Below, piece after piece: positions 60,756 through 64,000 of a DNA stretch of 64,000 bases. The DNA lies in contig JBPGPT010000019.1 in the NCBI GenBank assembly GCA_051047955.1, forward strand, positions 124,001-188,000. The letters are read 5' to 3'. The position numbers were made by a program, and so were the translations under genes. Every line of letters begins with the position of its first letter. The first letter of the stretch is position 1. Source of the DNA: Cystobasidiomycetes sp. EMM_F5. Lineage: Eukaryota. The notes under the pieces are model-generated. The model had not been told where the DNA came from, ran no database searches, and saw nothing but the letters and a program-made list of their open reading frames with translations.

Positions 60756-63700
60756 TTACTTGCTTAAGATACACTTGATTTTGTTGAGGTGGTGTACCAG
60801 CCGACGCAGTTCTTGCTGGACTGCGCTTGAGCTGTTTGCAACCGTCATTGCCTCAATCGGTCCAGGGAAGGTGGTAGCGCCGTAGCTGCAATAAGCACAT
60901 TTACATCAGGTCAGAGCCCTGGACTGGACTGGACTGCTATCGCTGTGTGATGTCTTACCCCAGATATTCGCCAGGACTGACGCCCAGATGTTTGTACCAA
61001 GGCCTACGCGGCAGCCCTTCTTTCGAGATGAAGCCCTTCTCAAAGCCAATGCGTCGAGCATTTATGCTTCTAAGCTTCCTCATAATCGTACGAAGGTGTC
61101 TTCTGCCTCGTCTTGAAGGCTTTTCGGCCTGATAGTCTGTCAACAAGCGCAGCGCGTCTGCCGTCTCGTCATCCAGTCCCGATGCCGCACTTTTGATGCC
61201 TGTGATTGCCGACTTTGCATCTTCGAGCTCGACATTTGTGAAGTTGAAGCTTGCGGCAGTCGCAGCAACCTTGTCGAGGTAGCCGTCTAGCTCGTATGCA
61301 TATCTTGTAACGTTCAAGGGCACGACAAGCGAATCGGCCAATCGGAGAGTGGCGAGCCCGAGAGTACGAGCGACTGCAGTATGCCGCTTGAAACCTGGGT
61401 CGCCATACTTTTCCATCCAGTACTCGCTGTCGTATATGCTATGGTAACTGTGCGTCGTACTTCAGCCCCAAGCTTAGATTTCTGCCAAGGGTAATCAAGA
61501 CGTACTGATAGACTGCATCCTTTCCGTGAGGTCTATATCCCATGTCGGATGACGGAATGCCCAGGTGTTGCAGGAACACCGTGTAGTCACTCTGCAAAAT
61601 CGTGTTGATTAGACAGTAATCTGGCAAGCCAATTTGCCTTGCTTACTCCACTTCCTAGAGGCCCAATATCCAAGGTCTCGTTCGTTTCGTGTTCAGGAGG
61701 GGCACCTATAGCAGAGACTTGATGAAACAGGTCCGCTAACGAAGGACTCGCTTTCACGCTGTACCCCGAGCCAGCGACAGCTGCGCGATATATATCACCG
61801 CGTCTTAGCTCTTGCCGTACAATTCTGAGATGATTTATTACCGCTATCCAGATTAAGATAGGCTACCGCATTGTCCGAAAGCCATTCTGCATGATCCTCC
61901 CCGAATTCGGTGCTTCCAACCAGCCCGTACTCTTCGGCCTGAGAAGTGGTCAATTTCAGCATGTTCACGTTTTCGAGTGTCAGGGTATACATACATCCCA
62001 CGAAGCAAACACAATGGTCCGCATTGGCTTCCAGTCTTTCTTGAGGAGTACGCCGAAGCCCCTGAGGATCTCGTATATGGAAGCTGTTCCTGCGTTTGGA
62101 TCCGAAGCGCCAAAGACCTTGATATACCCTTCTCAATCCGCTGCGCTACATTTGTTCTGAGATAGAAATGTGACTCACCCAAGCATCACGGTGGTTTCCA
62201 ACAATTACGACTTCATCCTCGACATGACCAGGAATGACGGCGTACGTATTCCAGATGGGCGTGATGCTCTCTGAAATGTCGTTGGTCATTGTCAAGTCGC
62301 CTTCGGATGGACCAGAGCAGTACGAAACGCCAAGGTATTTGAGGCCGCCCGCCCATTCTTCAATACACGGACCGCGTCCATTCAAGGCCTTCAAGAGGGG
62401 TACTGCATCCTCGTACGACAGCGGTAGAGACGGAATGTCTGTCCGGGAAGCTTGTTCAGAAAGACGCTAAGAATGGTGCATGAAGGATGTACGCTCACGG
62501 GGAACATTCGTAGGCACTTCCCGCTTTGCATTCTTGTAAGATGGCTTGTTGGGTGTGGTAGGATCACCGACCAACTGCGAGAGGAATTGCACAGAACCAC
62601 GCTGTAACGACGATGGTTGTCTAGCCGGTCCTTCAGGATACTCTTTGTATCCGTTCTCTGCAGTGACTGGCATTTCTCGAATCAGCATCCAGTCTGGTCT
62701 GTCCTCAAGAACACTGCGCTCACTCCCGTTGTCTTCACTCGGATCACTGTAAATGATCACACCAGCCGCACCCGCCTCTTGTGCCGCTTTCACTTTAAGA
62801 CCACGAAAATTACCACCATATCTGACCATTACAATTTTTCCAGTCACGTCCACTCCGGCTTGCTTGAGACGGGCAAAGTCTTCACGCATACCGAACTATC
62901 TTGTCGGCATAGTCAGCTGAATCTTATCATATTTTAACTGGTAGCAGATGTATAGACGTACGTGAGCATAAACGAGCTGCCCGACAGCTGTACCGCCTTT
63001 ACTGTATCCATGGAAGGGAGGAACGTCTTCGTTGCCATGGATCGACGTGGGATCTTCCGGGATTGCATCCTCCTTCAACTTTGCTTTATAGACCAGCTCG
63101 CCCCGTGCATCTGTCAATTCAACAGCGGTCTTACTCTCGTTGAGAGCAGCTGGCTTGCTGGAAGCATCGCAAGCACACAAGTCAGTCCTGCCTGCTGCTG
63201 CTAATTTTAGGAACAGATGACCATACTTTAGCAGCACGTAATAAGTATCAGTCCAAACTCGAATGCCATCGTATCGCGGACCGTGTCTCGAGGTGCGACC
63301 GTACAGAGCCTTCTTGCTTTGCTTTGATCCGGCGTCGTAGACGTCCGAATGCCGTCCAGACTCCTCTTGGCCGAGCAGCTGTTCCCACTGCTTCTTTACG
63401 AGAAGAGCCAGTTCATAATCACCAGATGATCCTGCTCTATGCGAATAGGCAGTGTAGCTGCAAAAGTGTGTGGGAGTATTGAGTATTTCTGTATCTTACC
63501 GTCTTTAGCGTACTGCGCTCACCTGCGACTGGCTGCTAGAGCGCTTTCATTGCTTGGAATTTGAAGAAACGCAGCTTCGACCTGGTCTTGTTTTAGATGA
63601 CTGCTGTGCTTGTGCTTGTGGGCGAGGACGTATGATCCACGTCCACGATGATTGTGCCGGCAGTTTGCCCACTCCGGGACGTCCAAGAATGAAGAAGTCC

Positions 63701-63887
63701 AGCTGGCTAGTCCTGAACTGCGAGCGACGACGAGTACGGCTGCACCAGCGAGCAGCCATCTTGCGCCCTTTGAATATCGGGACTGCGATGGCTTTCGGAC
63801 TTCAACGCCGTCACTGCCCGCTTTCTCATTCTCACGACTGCCAGCATCCAGCAAGGGCAGCTTCAGGCCATTCTGCATGCTCTTCAT
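60756..63887 (-). CDS. Glutamate carboxypeptidase II / M28B peptidase (PA and TfR-dimerisation domains)
   Basis: Type [72 protein letters not shown] and RPWYKH motifs. Confidence 0.93.
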
Positions 63888-64000
63888 GGTCTGCACAGTC
63901 AGTAAGAATACAAGCCATAATGTGGATCAATTGCAATACAGAATATATATTCGGCAACGGCGATCCGGCAAACGGAGACCAAAGTCGAGAACATATAGTA

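Noticed and set aside
1..64000. Transposons, CRISPR arrays, rRNA or tRNA genes
   Set aside because: No transposase or RT ORFs, terminal repeats, spacer arrays or tRNA cloverleaves were seen by eye; the rRNA-related 11-14-mers are antisense snoRNA guides.

Overview
Gene-dense, intron-rich eukaryotic DNA from a fungus. Short GT-AG introns of about 50-80 nt with CTRAC/CTRAY branch sites and the protein sequences point to a basidiomycete (inference; species not identified). About 33 protein-coding genes can be assembled by hand. Most are housekeeping or metabolic: RPB7, VPS10, a Nop8/NOL8-like RRM protein, an S9B dipeptidyl aminopeptidase, an MFS transporter, an SDR, CDC73, uL30m, SPC2, derlin, TBCB, VPS45, a P450, pyridoxal kinase, a HAD phosphatase, UNG, an F-box/WD40 protein, SAM decarboxylase and an M28 peptidase. 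Two things stand out. (1) A six-member family of small, highly diverged minus-strand proteins that I do not recognise, at about 28.9-34.4 kb and 42.5-44.0 kb. They share an exactly spaced motif, [IV]xGL-x23-[YF]-x10/11-YxC, and two members share an intron position. (2) Three box C/D snoRNA candidates (snR67-like, an 18S 5'-domain guide, and an snR53-like double guide), each in its own intron of a non-coding segment whose first splice donor lies 1 nt after the pyridoxal kinase stop codon. All identifications come from reading the sequence and recalled family motifs; no database searches were run. CDS coordinates span introns, and some termini are approximate.
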